Assembly (NCBI GenBank): GCA_963819655.1
Contig: CAWFXA010000002.1
Span: forward strand, 1,120,001-1,184,000
Direction of reading: 5' to 3'
Length of the DNA: 64,000 nucleotides
Source: an uncultured Chloroflexia bacterium
GTDB taxonomy: Bacteria > Chloroflexota > Limnocylindria > Limnocylindrales > CSP1-4
Each line of letters begins with the position of its first letter. The stretch's first letter is position 1. Below are positions 43,573 through 55,862 of the stretch, piece after piece. The notes under the pieces were generated by a model. The model saw nothing but the letters and a program-made list of their open reading frames with translations. It had not been told where the DNA came from and searched no databases. A program made the position numbers and the translations under genes.

Positions 43573-43602
43573 TTGACACTCGGCTCGGACGACTGCTACG
43601 AT
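43573..43602 (+). promoter_or_regulatory. Sigma70-type promoter of the hrcA-grpE-dnaK operon
   Basis: TTGACA (43573), 18-bp spacer, TGn-TACGAT (43597). Confidence 0.75.
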
Positions 43603-43615
43603 GCCTCCACGCACG

Positions 43616-43642
43616 TTAGCACTCTCACCCATCGAGTGCTAA
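43616..43642. promoter_or_regulatory. CIRCE element
   Basis: Exact TTAGCACTC-N9-GAGTGCTAA upstream of hrcA. Confidence 0.98.
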
Positions 43643-43662
43643 CTACCACGGGAGAACGAGTT

Positions 43663-44733
43663 TTGGCGCGTAGAGCACGCCGTCCACTCGGCCCGTTGGA
43701 CCTCCGCTCCCAGGCGATCCTCCGGGCCGTCATCGAGGAATACGTCACATCGGCACAGCCGGTCGGCAGCCAGGCGCTCGTCGAGCGCTACGGCCTCGGC
43801 GTGTCGAGCGCCACCGTGCGCAACATCCTTGCCGAGCTGGAACGTGACGGGCTGCTGACGCATCCGCACACCAGTGCCGGTCGGATGCCGACGGACGCCG
43901 GGTACCGGTTCTACGTCGAGACGATCGTGGATGCGGTGCCGCTGTCGGCGGTCGAGCAGCTCATGATCCGCCACCAGTTCGGCCAGGTGGAGTTCGCGAG
44001 CGAGCATTGGTTCCGGCTCGCCGCCACGACGCTCGCCGGGCTGACCCGGTCGGCCGGACTCGCCACTCCCGCCAAGCCCACTGCCGCACACATCCGGCGC
44101 GTCGACCTGGTGGCGGTCAACGAGCGGATGGCGAGCCTCATCCTCGTGCTCCGCGAAGGCGCGATCAAGCAGGCGACGGTCCCGCTCGACGAAGAAGACG
44201 CCATCGACCAGGCCACGCTCAACCGCGTCGCCGGTCTCCTGAACGAGCACCTCGTCGACGCGACAGCGACGGCTGCCGAAACGACGCTGTCCAAGCTCGA
44301 CGAGGACGAGCCCATCCAACGGACCGCCAGGCGGGTCGCCGAGCGCATCGTCCGGATCCTTCATGACTACGACGCGGGGGCGGTCGAGGAGGTGTTCTCG
44401 GACGGGCTCCTCAACGTCATGGAAGCGCCCGAGTTCGCGCAGAGCGACAAGCTGCGGCAGGTCTTCACGGCCCTCGAGAACCGCGCCTACCTCGGCGAGC
44501 TCGTCGGAAGCGTCGCGGGGTCGGGTCGGGTCAGGGTGCTGATCGGCGCCGAGAACCCGCGCGCCGAGATGCACCACGTCTCGCTCGTCCTGGCGCCGTA
44601 CGGCCGCCCAGGCCGCGCGCTGGGCGTCGTGGGAGTGCTCGGTCCGACGCGGATGAGCTATCGACACGCGATCGGCACGGTGCGCTTCGTGTCCGGTCTG
44701 ATGAATGAACTGGTGGATCACCTGTATGCCTGA
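43663..44733 (+). CDS. hrcA: Heat-inducible transcription repressor HrcA
   Basis: ILRAVIEEY, PVGS, VSSATVRN, PHTSAGRMPTDAGYRFYV, GVLGPTRMSY. Confidence 0.96.
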   Translation: MARRARRPLGPLDLRSQAILRAVIEEYVTSAQPVGSQALVERYGLGVSSATVRNILAELERDGLLTHPHTSAGRMPTDAGYRFYVETIVDAVPLSAVEQLMIRHQFGQVEFASEHWFRLAATTLAGLTRSAGLATPAKPTAAHIRRVDLVAVNERMASLILVLREGAIKQATVPLDEEDAIDQATLNRVAGLLNEHLVDATATAAETTLSKLDEDEPIQRTARRVAERIVRILHDYDAGAVEEVFSDGLLNVMEAPEFAQSDKLRQVFTALENRAYLGELVGSVAGSGRVRVLIGAENPRAEMHHVSLVLAPYGRPGRALGVVGVLGPTRMSYRHAIGTVRFVSGLMNELVDHLYA

Positions 44734-45325
44734 ACAGCGACCCGCACCCGGACAACGACATCGCACGCGCGCGGAGGAGCGGGCCGAGGACATCGATATC
44801 CGCCCGACCAAACTGCTCGCGGAGATCGACGGTCTCAAGGCCGAGCTGGCCACGGCATCGACGCAGGCAGACGACTACCTCGCGGCGCTCCAGCGCGAGC
44901 GTGCCGAATTCCTCAACTTCAAGCGGCGGACCGCCGAAGAGCGCGAGCGCGAGGTCGGGCTTGCCGGTGAGGACCTCATCCGCAAGGTGCTGGCACTGGC
45001 CGACGACTTCGACCGCGCGATCGATGCCCGACCGGATTCGGTCGCCACGGATCCGTGGTTCGAGGGAGTAGCCGCGATCGACCGAAAGCTCCGGATCCTG
45101 CTCGACAGCGAGGGCGTGAGCCCGATCGACGCCGAGCCCGGCACCACCTTCGACCCGCGTGAGCACGAGGCCATCGCCACCGTCGCCGGCACCGGCCGGC
45201 CGGAGGGCGTGATCGTCGAGCAGGTCCGGCGTGGCTATCGACTGCGCGACCGCGTCCTGCGGCCGGCCCTCGTGGCCGTGGCCGCAACACCCGAACCCGC
45301 ACCCACCACCGACCGACCAAACTGA
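44726..45325 (+). CDS. grpE: Nucleotide exchange factor GrpE
   Basis: [43 protein letters not shown]. Confidence 0.96.
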   Translation: MPEQRPAPGQRHRTRAEERAEDIDIRPTKLLAEIDGLKAELATASTQADDYLAALQRERAEFLNFKRRTAEEREREVGLAGEDLIRKVLALADDFDRAIDARPDSVATDPWFEGVAAIDRKLRILLDSEGVSPIDAEPGTTFDPREHEAIATVAGTGRPEGVIVEQVRRGYRLRDRVLRPALVAVAATPEPAPTTDRPN

Positions 45326-45357
45326 CACCAGATCCGAGCGAGGAGCACACACAGACC

Positions 45358-47321
<1,964 letters not shown>

Positions 47322-47322
<1 letters not shown>

Positions 47323-47574
47323 GCCTCCGGCCGTTCCTCGCAGACCCAGATCACGGCCGCCTCGGGCTCCACAAGGGCGGGGCGGCCGTTTGGCGTTCCT
47401 CGCGGCCTCCGGCCGTTCCTCGCAGACCCAGATCGCGGCTGCCATCGGGCTCCACAAAGGGCCCGAGGCGGCTTTTGACGTTCGTCGCGCGCCCCGGCCG
47501 GCCCGGGTCCGGCAGGCAGATCTCGGCCGCTCCGGGGTCCACAAGGGCCCGGGGCGGTCGTTGCCGTTCCTCGC
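47322..47574. repeat. Three degenerate tandem ~82-86-bp units, each with a GC hairpin (REP/BIME-like)
   Basis: Units start at 47322, 47404, 47489; shared CAGATC-CGGCCGC..CGGG.TCCACAA(A)GGGC(CC)G.GGCGG..GTTC(C/G)TCGC; units 1 and 2 share an identical 31-bp start. Confidence 0.85.
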
Positions 47575-47729
47575 GGCCCGCGGTCGGCGACTCGGCCCCA
47601 AGTTTTCCTCAGCGGCTCGTCCGAGCAGCACGTGACGGACACGTATCCGTCAGTGGTTCGTTACGGCAAGCCGATGACATGAACCCAAGCGAGGATCGAG
47701 CGTGGCTTTGCTGTGCCAACGGTGCGAAC

Positions 47730-48422
47730 CTACGTCGTACCTCGTCGCGTGCTGCTCCCACGAGCCGCTGACAAGAAGATCAGCCCGGAGAGTCTGCCGG
47801 TGGGCGCCCGCACCCAACGATTGACTTCCGCGTTCCGTGTCGGGAACGCGTTCATGAATGTGGCCGCATGTTCATCGACACGGCGTCGTGCGGTGCTCGT
47901 CTCCGGCAGCACCAGCAAGCGCGCTACTTGCGTGACGGACCACCCGCGTTCACGCGCGATCTGAGGCGCCAAGCGGACTTTGCGATCAAGGGTAGCCAGC
48001 ATCCCACCGACGTCCGGGACGACCGTCTTGACTTCGACGATCAATAGCGTTCCGGTCGCCCGGTGGAACGCAAGGATGTCGATTGCTCCGCGCTCACCGA
48101 AGAAGTTGAACGACACCTCTGTCGCAACGTCCCAACCTTGGGAAGTCAGGCGTCGCACCATCGCGTCGACCAACGCGGCGTGTCTCCGATCGCGAAGTCG
48201 ATCGAGGGCCTCGCCCTGATAGAGCATCCGGACCGACAGGTAGCCGCCAAGCGCCGCGACGATCGCCGTCAGGCGGTCGAGCTGGAGGTCGCCCGCACGG
48301 CCTGCCTCGACCACGGCAATCGCCCACCTCGAGACTTTCGCCTCGGCAGCCAGTCGTCTTTGAGTCCAGCCACGTCGGCGTCGCAGCAGCCGGACGTCGC
48401 TCCCAAAACGGACCGCATCCAT
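47730..48422 (-). CDS. XRE-type HTH fused to a PD-(D/E)xK nuclease-like domain
   Basis: VRLLRRRRGWTQRRLAAEAKVSRWAIAVVEAG (HTH); ATEVSF...RGAIDILAF...LIVEVKT (E..D..ExK); more A/T at third positions than neighbouring genes by eye. Confidence 0.8.
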   Translation of the reverse strand: MDAVRFGSDVRLLRRRRGWTQRRLAAEAKVSRWAIAVVEAGRAGDLQLDRLTAIVAALGGYLSVRMLYQGEALDRLRDRRHAALVDAMVRRLTSQGWDVATEVSFNFFGERGAIDILAFHRATGTLLIVEVKTVVPDVGGMLATLDRKVRLAPQIARERGWSVTQVARLLVLPETSTARRRVDEHAATFMNAFPTRNAEVNRWVRAPTGRLSGLIFLSAARGSSTRRGTT

Positions 48423-48499
48423 CGGGTGGAGTCTGGCCCGACCCGATTACCTCGGACTTATTCGCCGCTTATCGGGGTGTGGCCGCAACTGCGGATGCC

Positions 48500-49903
48500 T
48501 CAGCGCAGGAACAGGTCTACGCCCGGAGCGAGCGACATGGCGGCGATCACGATGGCGTATGCGACGAGCAGCAGAACGCCGGCCGCGAGATGCAGCTGGA
48601 CGTTGACGCCCATGAACGCCATCAGTCCATACGGGTTGTCGTAGTTGGGCGCCAGCCCCGAAGACACGCGACGCGCCAGGGGGATCGTCAGCAGCATCAG
48701 CAACGCCGGGATCGGCAGGACGCCGGCGACGACGCCGACCACGACGGCCGCGTAAGCCGCCACGACCGCCATGTTGTAGCCGCTGATGACAGCCGACCGT
48801 GAGAACCGCACGGGCAGGGTCCGCTTGCCAGCATGGGCATCGCCACGCCGGTCGGGGATCTCATTGACGTAGAGGATCAGCGCGACGAGGAGCGCGATCG
48901 GGATCGACGCCACGAACGGCTCCCATGACAGGGTCCCGCCGGTCTGGACGACGTACGCGCCGAGCAGCATCAGTGGCCCGAACCCGATCGCCACTGCGAT
49001 CTCGCCGAGTCCTCGATAGACGAACTTCAGCGGCGGTGCCGTATAGCCGAGCGACACGATGAACCCGACGACACCGATGACGAGCAGCGCGACCGACCCG
49101 CGTGTCGCGAGCAGCACGAGCCCGATCAGCCCCGCCGCGACATAGAAGACGGTCGCCAGTGTCGCCATCTGGCGCAGCGTCACCAGCCCGTACTGGATCA
49201 CCCGCGAACCACCACTGAACTTGGTCGGCGTCACGTTGGCGTCATCGGCCCCCTGGACCGTGTCGAAGACGTCGTTCGCGACGTTCAGCCCGAGCTGGAC
49301 GAAGGCCGCGCCTACGACCGTCAACGCGGCCGCGGCCAAATCGAAGACGCCGTGGCTCGCGGCGATCACGATGCCGAGCAGCACCGGCACGATGGTCGCG
49401 GTCAGGAAGGGCAGCCGGGTCGTGCGCAGGACGAGGGATCGGAAGCGCAGCCTCGGCTTGACGGGAGTGCCGCGCTCAAGGGACAGCGCGTCGAAGTACC
49501 GCCGCGAACGCGGCACTGACCGCTCCGAGTACTCGAAGAACGGGACCTCCGACTCGTCCCAGCCCCACGCGGAGCGCCCGACGAGCGTGAGGACGCGGGC
49601 CATCGAATCCGGGCGCATGCCCGGCGACACGCGGCCCCAGACCGTCACGTGGCGGCGCTCGTCGTAGCCATATCCGGGCTGCGGCCGAATGTGCGATCCG
49701 GTCAGGGACACCTCGCGGTTGGTCGGCACGGCCAGGCCGGTCGGCACCGGGAATGTCGCGGCGCCGCTGCGCGGATCGATCGACGCCGTGACGGCGACCG
49801 ACACGGGGTAGCCCGTGTCGTCGACCCAGGAGGCGATGTGGAACGGATAGGTTGCGAGCTTTTCGAGCCCGGTTCGGGCGTCCAGCTCCGGTGTCGAGCG
49901 CAT
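48500..49903 (-). CDS. MenA/UbiA-family prenyltransferase with an extra ~150-aa N-terminal domain
   Basis: RLPFLTAT, NVANDVFD, SGGSRV, YTAPPLKFVYRGLGE, NEIPDRRGDAHAGKRTL; N-terminus SWVDDTGYPVSV resembles a PPOX split barrel; TGATG overlap with the upstream gene. Confidence 0.85.
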   Translation of the reverse strand: MRSTPELDARTGLEKLATYPFHIASWVDDTGYPVSVAVTASIDPRSGAATFPVPTGLAVPTNREVSLTGSHIRPQPGYGYDERRHVTVWGRVSPGMRPDSMARVLTLVGRSAWGWDESEVPFFEYSERSVPRSRRYFDALSLERGTPVKPRLRFRSLVLRTTRLPFLTATIVPVLLGIVIAASHGVFDLAAAALTVVGAAFVQLGLNVANDVFDTVQGADDANVTPTKFSGGSRVIQYGLVTLRQMATLATVFYVAAGLIGLVLLATRGSVALLVIGVVGFIVSLGYTAPPLKFVYRGLGEIAVAIGFGPLMLLGAYVVQTGGTLSWEPFVASIPIALLVALILYVNEIPDRRGDAHAGKRTLPVRFSRSAVISGYNMAVVAAYAAVVVGVVAGVLPIPALLMLLTIPLARRVSSGLAPNYDNPYGLMAFMGVNVQLHLAAGVLLLVAYAIVIAAMSLAPGVDLFLR

Positions 49904-50385
49904 CACGCCGCCTCCGTGCCGACCACCGTCACGACCGGCGCCACCGATGCGTCGCCGTCCGGCCAGTACAGGACCCGCCTGGGCGTGATCTCGATAAGAG
50001 CCCGCTCGAAGAACAACGGCAGTGCCACCCGAGCCTCGAGGAACGCGACGATGGCCGGTTCCTTGGCCGACCAGATGGGGAGCAGTCGCTCCCAACCACC
50101 ATGCGGGTCGTCGGCGATGACCCGGGCATCACCCTGGATCGTGACGCGGTCGGTCCGGCCGCCGACGCTGATCGGGTCGGTGACGGACACCGACACCTTC
50201 GCATTTCGAGCGATGTGTTCGAGCTTGCGGCTGAACAGCGTCGACGAGGTCATGTAGATGCGCTCACCATCCCAGAGCGGGATCAACGGATACGTGACGG
50301 GACGCCCCTTCGGGTCCACGACCGTGAGTTCGGCGACGAGGGCCTGCGCAATGAGTTCAGCGGCGGGGGTCGGGATCGTGGCCAT
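49903..50385 (-). CDS. Pyridoxamine 5'-phosphate oxidase-like (split beta-barrel flavin/F420-binding) protein
   Basis: AELTVVDPKGRP, RKLEHIARNAKVSV, VTIQGDA, LIEITPRRV; AGGAG RBS. Confidence 0.85.
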   Translation of the reverse strand: MATIPTPAAELIAQALVAELTVVDPKGRPVTYPLIPLWDGERIYMTSSTLFSRKLEHIARNAKVSVSVTDPISVGGRTDRVTIQGDARVIADDPHGGWERLLPIWSAKEPAIVAFLEARVALPLFFERALIEITPRRVLYWPDGDASVAPVVTVVGTEAA

Positions 50386-50528
50386 GAGATCGGCTCCTGC
50401 GGTGTGGGCGTCACTGCGTCCGTGACAACCATAGCACATATCGCTACCGCTGTGTAGCACGTTTCTTCCAGGCGCCTGCCGGCTGGACGGGCGGCCGGCG
50501 ACGACGTGCTGGAGTACCATGCCCGCCC

Positions 50529-51479
50529 ATGCCGGAAACCGCCGAGTCGGTCGACTCGACCTCGCTCATCCATGCCCGCGGACTGACCAAGCGCTTCGGA
50601 GATATCACCGCGGTCGACGCCATCGATTTCGACGTCGCTCCCGGCGAATCCTTCGGCTTCCTTGGACCGAACGGCGCGGGCAAGACGTCGACGATGCGGA
50701 TGATCGGCTGCGTGTCGCCGCTGAGCGGCGGGTCGCTGCGCATCCTCGGCCTCGACCCAGGCCGTGACGGCCCGCAGATCCGTGGGCGGCTCGGCGTCGT
50801 GCCCCAGCAGGACACGCTCGACACCGAGCTGACCGTCCGCGAGAACCTCCTGCTCTATGGTCGCTACTTCGGATTGAGCCACGCCGAGTGTTCCCGGCGT
50901 GCCGACGAGCTGCTCGAATTCGCCCAGCTTACCGAGCGCGCCGGCGATCAGGTCGAGCACATGTCGGGCGGCATGAAACGCCGGCTGACGATCGCCCGCA
51001 GCCTCATCAACGAACCCGAGCTCCTGTTGCTCGACGAGCCGACCACCGGTCTCGACCCACAGGCGCGTCACCTGCTGTGGGACCGGCTGTACCGGCTCAA
51101 GCAACGCGGCGTGACCCTGGTCCTGACCACCCACTACATGGACGAGGCCGAGCAGCTGTGCGATCGACTCGTCGTCATGGACAAGGCGAGGATCGTGGCC
51201 GAAGGCTCGCCGCGCTCCTTGATCGAGCAGTACTCGACACGTGAGGTGACCGAGCTGCGCTTCGCGCCCGGCGTCCAGGACACGCTCGACGGTCAACTCG
51301 AAGGCCTAGCCGAACGGGTCGAGCGGTTGCCGGACCGCGTGCTGCTCTATGCCGACGACGGGGAGGCCGCAGTCGCGGCGGCCCACGCGCGCGGACTCGA
51401 GCCCGAGACCGTCCTCGTCCGACGGTCGTCGCTCGAGGACGTCTTCCTGCGCCTCACCGGGCGCTCGCTGATCGACTGA
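50529..51479 (+). CDS. ABC-2 exporter ATP-binding protein (NodI/DrrA-like)
   Basis: GPNGAGKTS, MSGGMKRRL, LLLDEPTTGLDPQ, TTHYMDEAE. Confidence 0.95.
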   Translation: MPETAESVDSTSLIHARGLTKRFGDITAVDAIDFDVAPGESFGFLGPNGAGKTSTMRMIGCVSPLSGGSLRILGLDPGRDGPQIRGRLGVVPQQDTLDTELTVRENLLLYGRYFGLSHAECSRRADELLEFAQLTERAGDQVEHMSGGMKRRLTIARSLINEPELLLLDEPTTGLDPQARHLLWDRLYRLKQRGVTLVLTTHYMDEAEQLCDRLVVMDKARIVAEGSPRSLIEQYSTREVTELRFAPGVQDTLDGQLEGLAERVERLPDRVLLYADDGEAAVAAAHARGLEPETVLVRRSSLEDVFLRLTGRSLID

Positions 51480-52285
51480 TGGCGGCCGCCATCCGACCGT
51501 TGGCCGGGATCGGCCGTGTCTTCGAGCACCGCTTCGTCATCTACCGACGGACGTTCCGGGCGAGCCTGTTCAGCTCCTTCCTGACGCCGATCATGTTCCT
51601 CGCCGCCATGGGCCTGGGGCTGGGCGGATACGTCGATCAGTCGGGCGCTGCCGCGCTCGGCGGGGTGTCGTACCTGGCCTTCCTGGCCCCGGGGCTGCTC
51701 GTCGCCACGTGTATGCAGGCAGCCGCGTTCGAGGCGACCTTCCCGATCATGGCCGGGCTCGTGTGGAGCCGCGTGTACCACGCGATGTTTGCGACGCCGA
51801 TCACCCCGCGCGACATCGCACTCGGCAACATCGTGTGGTTCGCGGCGCGACTGCTCCTGATCGCGACCGTGTTCACGGTCGTGATCGTCCTGTTCGGAGC
51901 CGCGACGTCGCCGCTCGTCATCCTGGCGATCCCGGTCGCGGCATTGACAGGCCTGGGCTTCGCCACCCCGATCGCTGCGTTCGCCGCGACGCAGCGCACG
52001 CCCGAACGGTTCGCTGCGATCTTCCGGTTCGGGATCATGCCGTTGTTCCTGTTCTCCGGCACCTTCTACCCGATCGAGTCGTTGCCCGCGTTCGTCCAGC
52101 CGCTGGCCTGGCTGACCCCGCTGTACCACGGCGTCGTCGTGGCGCGCGGCCTGTCGCTCGGCACCATCGGCCAGGATCCGACCATCGAGATGGCGGTCGT
52201 CCACCTGGCGATCCTCGTGGCCTTCGCGGTCGTCGGCGCTGTCCTCACCGTCCGCACCGTCACCGCAAAGCTGTTGCGCGGATGA
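51479..52285 (+). CDS. ABC-2 permease (NodJ-like)
   Basis: YLAFLAPGL, ATPIT, PLFLFSGTFYPI, LTPLYHGV. Confidence 0.92.
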   Translation: MAAAIRPLAGIGRVFEHRFVIYRRTFRASLFSSFLTPIMFLAAMGLGLGGYVDQSGAAALGGVSYLAFLAPGLLVATCMQAAAFEATFPIMAGLVWSRVYHAMFATPITPRDIALGNIVWFAARLLLIATVFTVVIVLFGAATSPLVILAIPVAALTGLGFATPIAAFAATQRTPERFAAIFRFGIMPLFLFSGTFYPIESLPAFVQPLAWLTPLYHGVVVARGLSLGTIGQDPTIEMAVVHLAILVAFAVVGAVLTVRTVTAKLLRG

Positions 52286-53082
52286 CCGCGCTGCCGCTCA
52301 CGTCCGCCCTGCTCATCGGCAGCCGTCGGTCGCTGCGCCTCGTCGAGCGCAATATCTTCGTGTACAGCCACACATGGATCGTGCTGCTGTCGGGCTTCTT
52401 CGAGCCGCTGTTCTACCTGCTCAGCATCGGGTTCGGGCTGGGCGCGCTGATCGGCACGATCCCGGGGCCTGACGGGCAGCCGATCCCGTACCAATTGTTC
52501 GTCGCCCCTGCGCTCCTGGCGAGCGCCGCGATGAACGGCGCGATCAACGAGAGCACGTTCAACTTCTTCTTCAAGCTCAACTACAACAAGACATTCACAG
52601 CCATCCTGGCGACCCCGCTGTCCGCCGGCGACATCGCGGTGGGCGAGCTGATCTGGGCGCTCATCCGCGGCGGCCTCTACGCGATCGGCTTCATGGTCGT
52701 CCTCGTGGTCCTCGGCCTGGTCGTGTCGCCGTGGGTCGTGCTCGCGGTTCCGGCTTCCCTGCTGGTCGGATTCGCGTTCGGGGCGGTCGGGATGGCAGCC
52801 ACGTCATTCATGAAGACGTGGCAGGACTTCGATCTCGTCCAACTCGTCGTCCTCCCGCTGTTCCTGTTCTCGGGGACGTTCTATCCGATCGAGACCTATC
52901 CCGAGCCCATCCAGGTCATCGTCCAGCTGTCGCCGCTGTACCAGGGCGTCGCCCTCATCCGTGCGCTGACGATCGGCGCGATCTCGCCGATCCTGCTCGT
53001 CCACGTCGTGTACCTGCTGGTCCTGGGGTTCGTGGGCCTGTACGTGGTCTCACGCCGGCTCGACAAGCTTCTGCTCCAGTGA
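52282..53082 (+). CDS. ABC-2 permease (second paralog)
   Basis: FEPLFYL, FVAPALLA, ILATPL, PLFLFSGTFYPI; ATGA overlap. Confidence 0.92.
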   Translation: MTALPLTSALLIGSRRSLRLVERNIFVYSHTWIVLLSGFFEPLFYLLSIGFGLGALIGTIPGPDGQPIPYQLFVAPALLASAAMNGAINESTFNFFFKLNYNKTFTAILATPLSAGDIAVGELIWALIRGGLYAIGFMVVLVVLGLVVSPWVVLAVPASLLVGFAFGAVGMAATSFMKTWQDFDLVQLVVLPLFLFSGTFYPIETYPEPIQVIVQLSPLYQGVALIRALTIGAISPILLVHVVYLLVLGFVGLYVVSRRLDKLLLQ

Positions 53083-53765
53083 CCGACCGGGCCGCGCTCG
53101 CGGCCCTCACCGCGGAGATCGTCGTGTGCAGGCGGTGTCCGCGCCTCGTCGAGTGGCGGGAACGGGTCGCGCACGAGAAGGTCGCGCGATTCCGCGACGA
53201 GACGTACTGGGGCCGGCCGGTGCCGGGCTTCGGCGACCCTGACGCGCGGATCCTGTTGGTGGGTCTGGCACCCGCGGCCCATGGCGGAAACCGAACGGGA
53301 CGGGTCTTCACCGGGGACGCGTCCGGTGACTTCCTGTGGGCGGCGCTCCATCGATCCGGCCTCGCCGATCGGCCGTCGTCGCGGCGCGCCGACGACGGGT
53401 TGACGCTCACCGACGTCTACATCGCTGCGGCCGTGCGGTGCGCCCCGCCGGCCAACAAGCCGACGCCGGACGAGCGCGACAACTGCGCGCCGTACCTGGC
53501 CCGCGAGCTCGGCCTGTTGGAGCGCGTCCGGGGCCTGCTAGCGCTCGGTGCCTACGGCTGGGACGCCGCCCTCCGCGCGATGGCTGCCAACGGGCACACG
53601 GTCCGGGTCAAGCCACGGTTCGGTCACGGTGCTGTCGCGGAGGTCGGTTCGTATCGGCTGATCGGCTCGTACCACCCGAGTCAGCAGAACACGTTCACGG
53701 GCAAGCTGACGCCCGCGATGTTCGATGCCGTCATCGCGACGGCCAAGGAACTCGCCCTCTCGTAG
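53079..53765 (+). CDS. Family-5 uracil-DNA glycosylase (UdgB-like)
   Basis: CRRCPRL, YWGRPVPGFG, GLAPAAHGGNRTGRVFTGD, RCAPPANKP, HPSQQNT. Confidence 0.92.
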   Translation: MTDRAALAALTAEIVVCRRCPRLVEWRERVAHEKVARFRDETYWGRPVPGFGDPDARILLVGLAPAAHGGNRTGRVFTGDASGDFLWAALHRSGLADRPSSRRADDGLTLTDVYIAAAVRCAPPANKPTPDERDNCAPYLARELGLLERVRGLLALGAYGWDAALRAMAANGHTVRVKPRFGHGAVAEVGSYRLIGSYHPSQQNTFTGKLTPAMFDAVIATAKELALS

Positions 53766-53777
53766 ACTTCTCGCTCG

Positions 53778-54890
53778 ATGGCCACCACGGAGCGCGATCT
53801 GTACGAGGTCCTCGGCGTGCAGCGCGGTGCGAGCGACGCCGAGATCAAGCGCGCCTTCCGCAAGCTCGCCCAACAGTGGCACCCGGACGTGAACAAGGAT
53901 CCACAGGCATCAGCTCGTTTCAAGGAGGCGAGCGAGGCCTACCAGATCCTGTCCGATCCGGATCGCCGCCAGCGGTACGACACGTTCGGCCGCGCCGGGG
54001 TGGATGGCGGGGCCGCGGGAGCCGGCTTCGAGGGGTTCGGCGGGTTCAGCGACATCTTCGACGCGTTCTTCGGCGGCGCGGCGTCCGGGTCCGCGCGACG
54101 GGGCAGGCCGCAACCCGGCTCCGATCTGCGGTACGACATGCGTGTCACGTTCGAGGAGGCCGTCAGGGGGACGGAGAAGGAGATCGATTTCCGCGCGCTC
54201 GGCCGGTGCGAGACATGCAGTGGCACGGGAGCGGCACCCGGGACCGAGGCGACGACATGTCCGCAGTGCGAAGGTCGCGGCGAGGTGCGCAGCGTCCGCC
54301 AGACGATGCTCGGGCAGATGGTCAACGTGAGCGCCTGCCCGCGCTGTCGGGGTGAGGGCAAGATCGTCGAGACCCCGTGCGAGACATGCAAGGGCGACGG
54401 GCGGACCGAGCGCAAGCGAACGCTGCGGGTGACGATCCCAGCCGGGATCGACGAGGGCCACCAGATCCGGCTGACCAACGAGGGCGAGGTCGGGCCGCGC
54501 GGCGGACCTCCCGGATCGTTGTACGTGGCTGTCCATGTCGCCCCGCACCCGAGCCTCAAGCGCGATGGGACGGAGCTCTACTACGAGGCCGGGATCTCGA
54601 TCGCCCAGGCGGCACTCGGGACGACCCTCCAGGTACCGACCATCGACGGGTCCGAAGAGGTCGAGATCAAGCCAGGGACCCAGCCGGATACCGAGATCCG
54701 CCTGCGCGGCAAGGGCGTGCCCCATCTCCGACGAGCAGGCTCGCGCGGCGACCTCCACGTGCTCGTCGATGTCGAGGTCCCGAAGAAGCTGTCGAAGAAG
54801 CAGCGCGAGCTCCTCGAGGCATACGCCCGCGAGTCGGGTGAAAAGGTCGGCGGATCGGGCGGCATCCTCGACAAGCTCGGACTGGGGTGA
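53778..54890 (+). CDS. dnaJ: Chaperone DnaJ
   Basis: J-domain HPD, G/F-rich region, four CxxCxGxG repeats. Confidence 0.98.
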   Translation: MATTERDLYEVLGVQRGASDAEIKRAFRKLAQQWHPDVNKDPQASARFKEASEAYQILSDPDRRQRYDTFGRAGVDGGAAGAGFEGFGGFSDIFDAFFGGAASGSARRGRPQPGSDLRYDMRVTFEEAVRGTEKEIDFRALGRCETCSGTGAAPGTEATTCPQCEGRGEVRSVRQTMLGQMVNVSACPRCRGEGKIVETPCETCKGDGRTERKRTLRVTIPAGIDEGHQIRLTNEGEVGPRGGPPGSLYVAVHVAPHPSLKRDGTELYYEAGISIAQAALGTTLQVPTIDGSEEVEIKPGTQPDTEIRLRGKGVPHLRRAGSRGDLHVLVDVEVPKKLSKKQRELLEAYARESGEKVGGSGGILDKLGLG

Positions 54891-55826
54891 AGTCCGAGCC
54901 ACCCGCGGCCTGGCTCGAACTCGCTGTCGAGGCGGACCTCGAGGCGGTCGAGGCGGTCAGTGAGATCCTCGGACGGGTGGCGAGCGGCGGGACGTCGGTC
55001 GAGCCCGGGTTCGAGCTCGTCGACGAGGGGCTCGACGCGCGGATCGATCCCGACGCGACCGGCGGTCGTCCGCGGATATGCCCCGGCGGTGGATCCGGCG
55101 GCCGCCGAAGCGGCCGCTGCCGAGGTCGCGGAAGCGCTCGGCCACCTGCAGGCGTTCGGCCTGCGGCCCATCGGTGAGCTCCGGACCCGCATCGTCCACG
55201 AGGCGGACTGGGCCGAGGCATGGAAGGCATTCTTTCCCGTGCTGCGCGTGGGCCGCCGGCTCGTGATCCGTCCGACGTGGCGCCGCCACCGCGCGCGCCC
55301 GGGCGACGTCGTGCTCGCGCTCGATCCCGGGATGGCCTTCGGGACCGGCCTCCACCCGACGACCCGCCTGTGTCTCGCGGCTCTCGAACCACTGGCGGAC
55401 GATGGCCGGCTCGCTGACGCCACGGTCCTCGACGTCGGATGCGGCTCGGGGATCCTGGCCATCGCCGCGCTCCGACTCGGTGCCGCGTCGGCACTGGGCG
55501 TCGACACCGACCAGATCGCGATCGAGTCGACGCACACCAATGCGCGACGGAACCGGCTCGCACGCCGGCTTCGTGCGCGCGCGGGCAGCCTTCCGACCGG
55601 GGAGGAGCCCTTCGACGTCGTCCTGGCCAATCTGATCGCCGGCGTCCTCGTCCCGCTGGCCGCGGAACTCCGCGACGAGGTCCGACCGGGCGGCACGCTC
55701 GTGGCGTCGGGCATCTTCGTCGACCGCGAGAGCGACGTCCGGGCGGCCTTCGAGCCCGCCGGCCTGCGCGTCGTCGACCGATCGGTCGAGGGCGACTGGA
55801 TCGCACTGGTCGCCCGGCGGCGCTGA
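54887..55826 (+). CDS. prmA: Ribosomal protein L11 methyltransferase, frameshift at ~55050
   Basis: [45 protein letters not shown]; N-terminus lies in the 54887 frame. Confidence 0.93.
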
Positions 55827-55862
55827 CGGCCCGGACGACCGCCTCGATGTACGATCGGCCGG

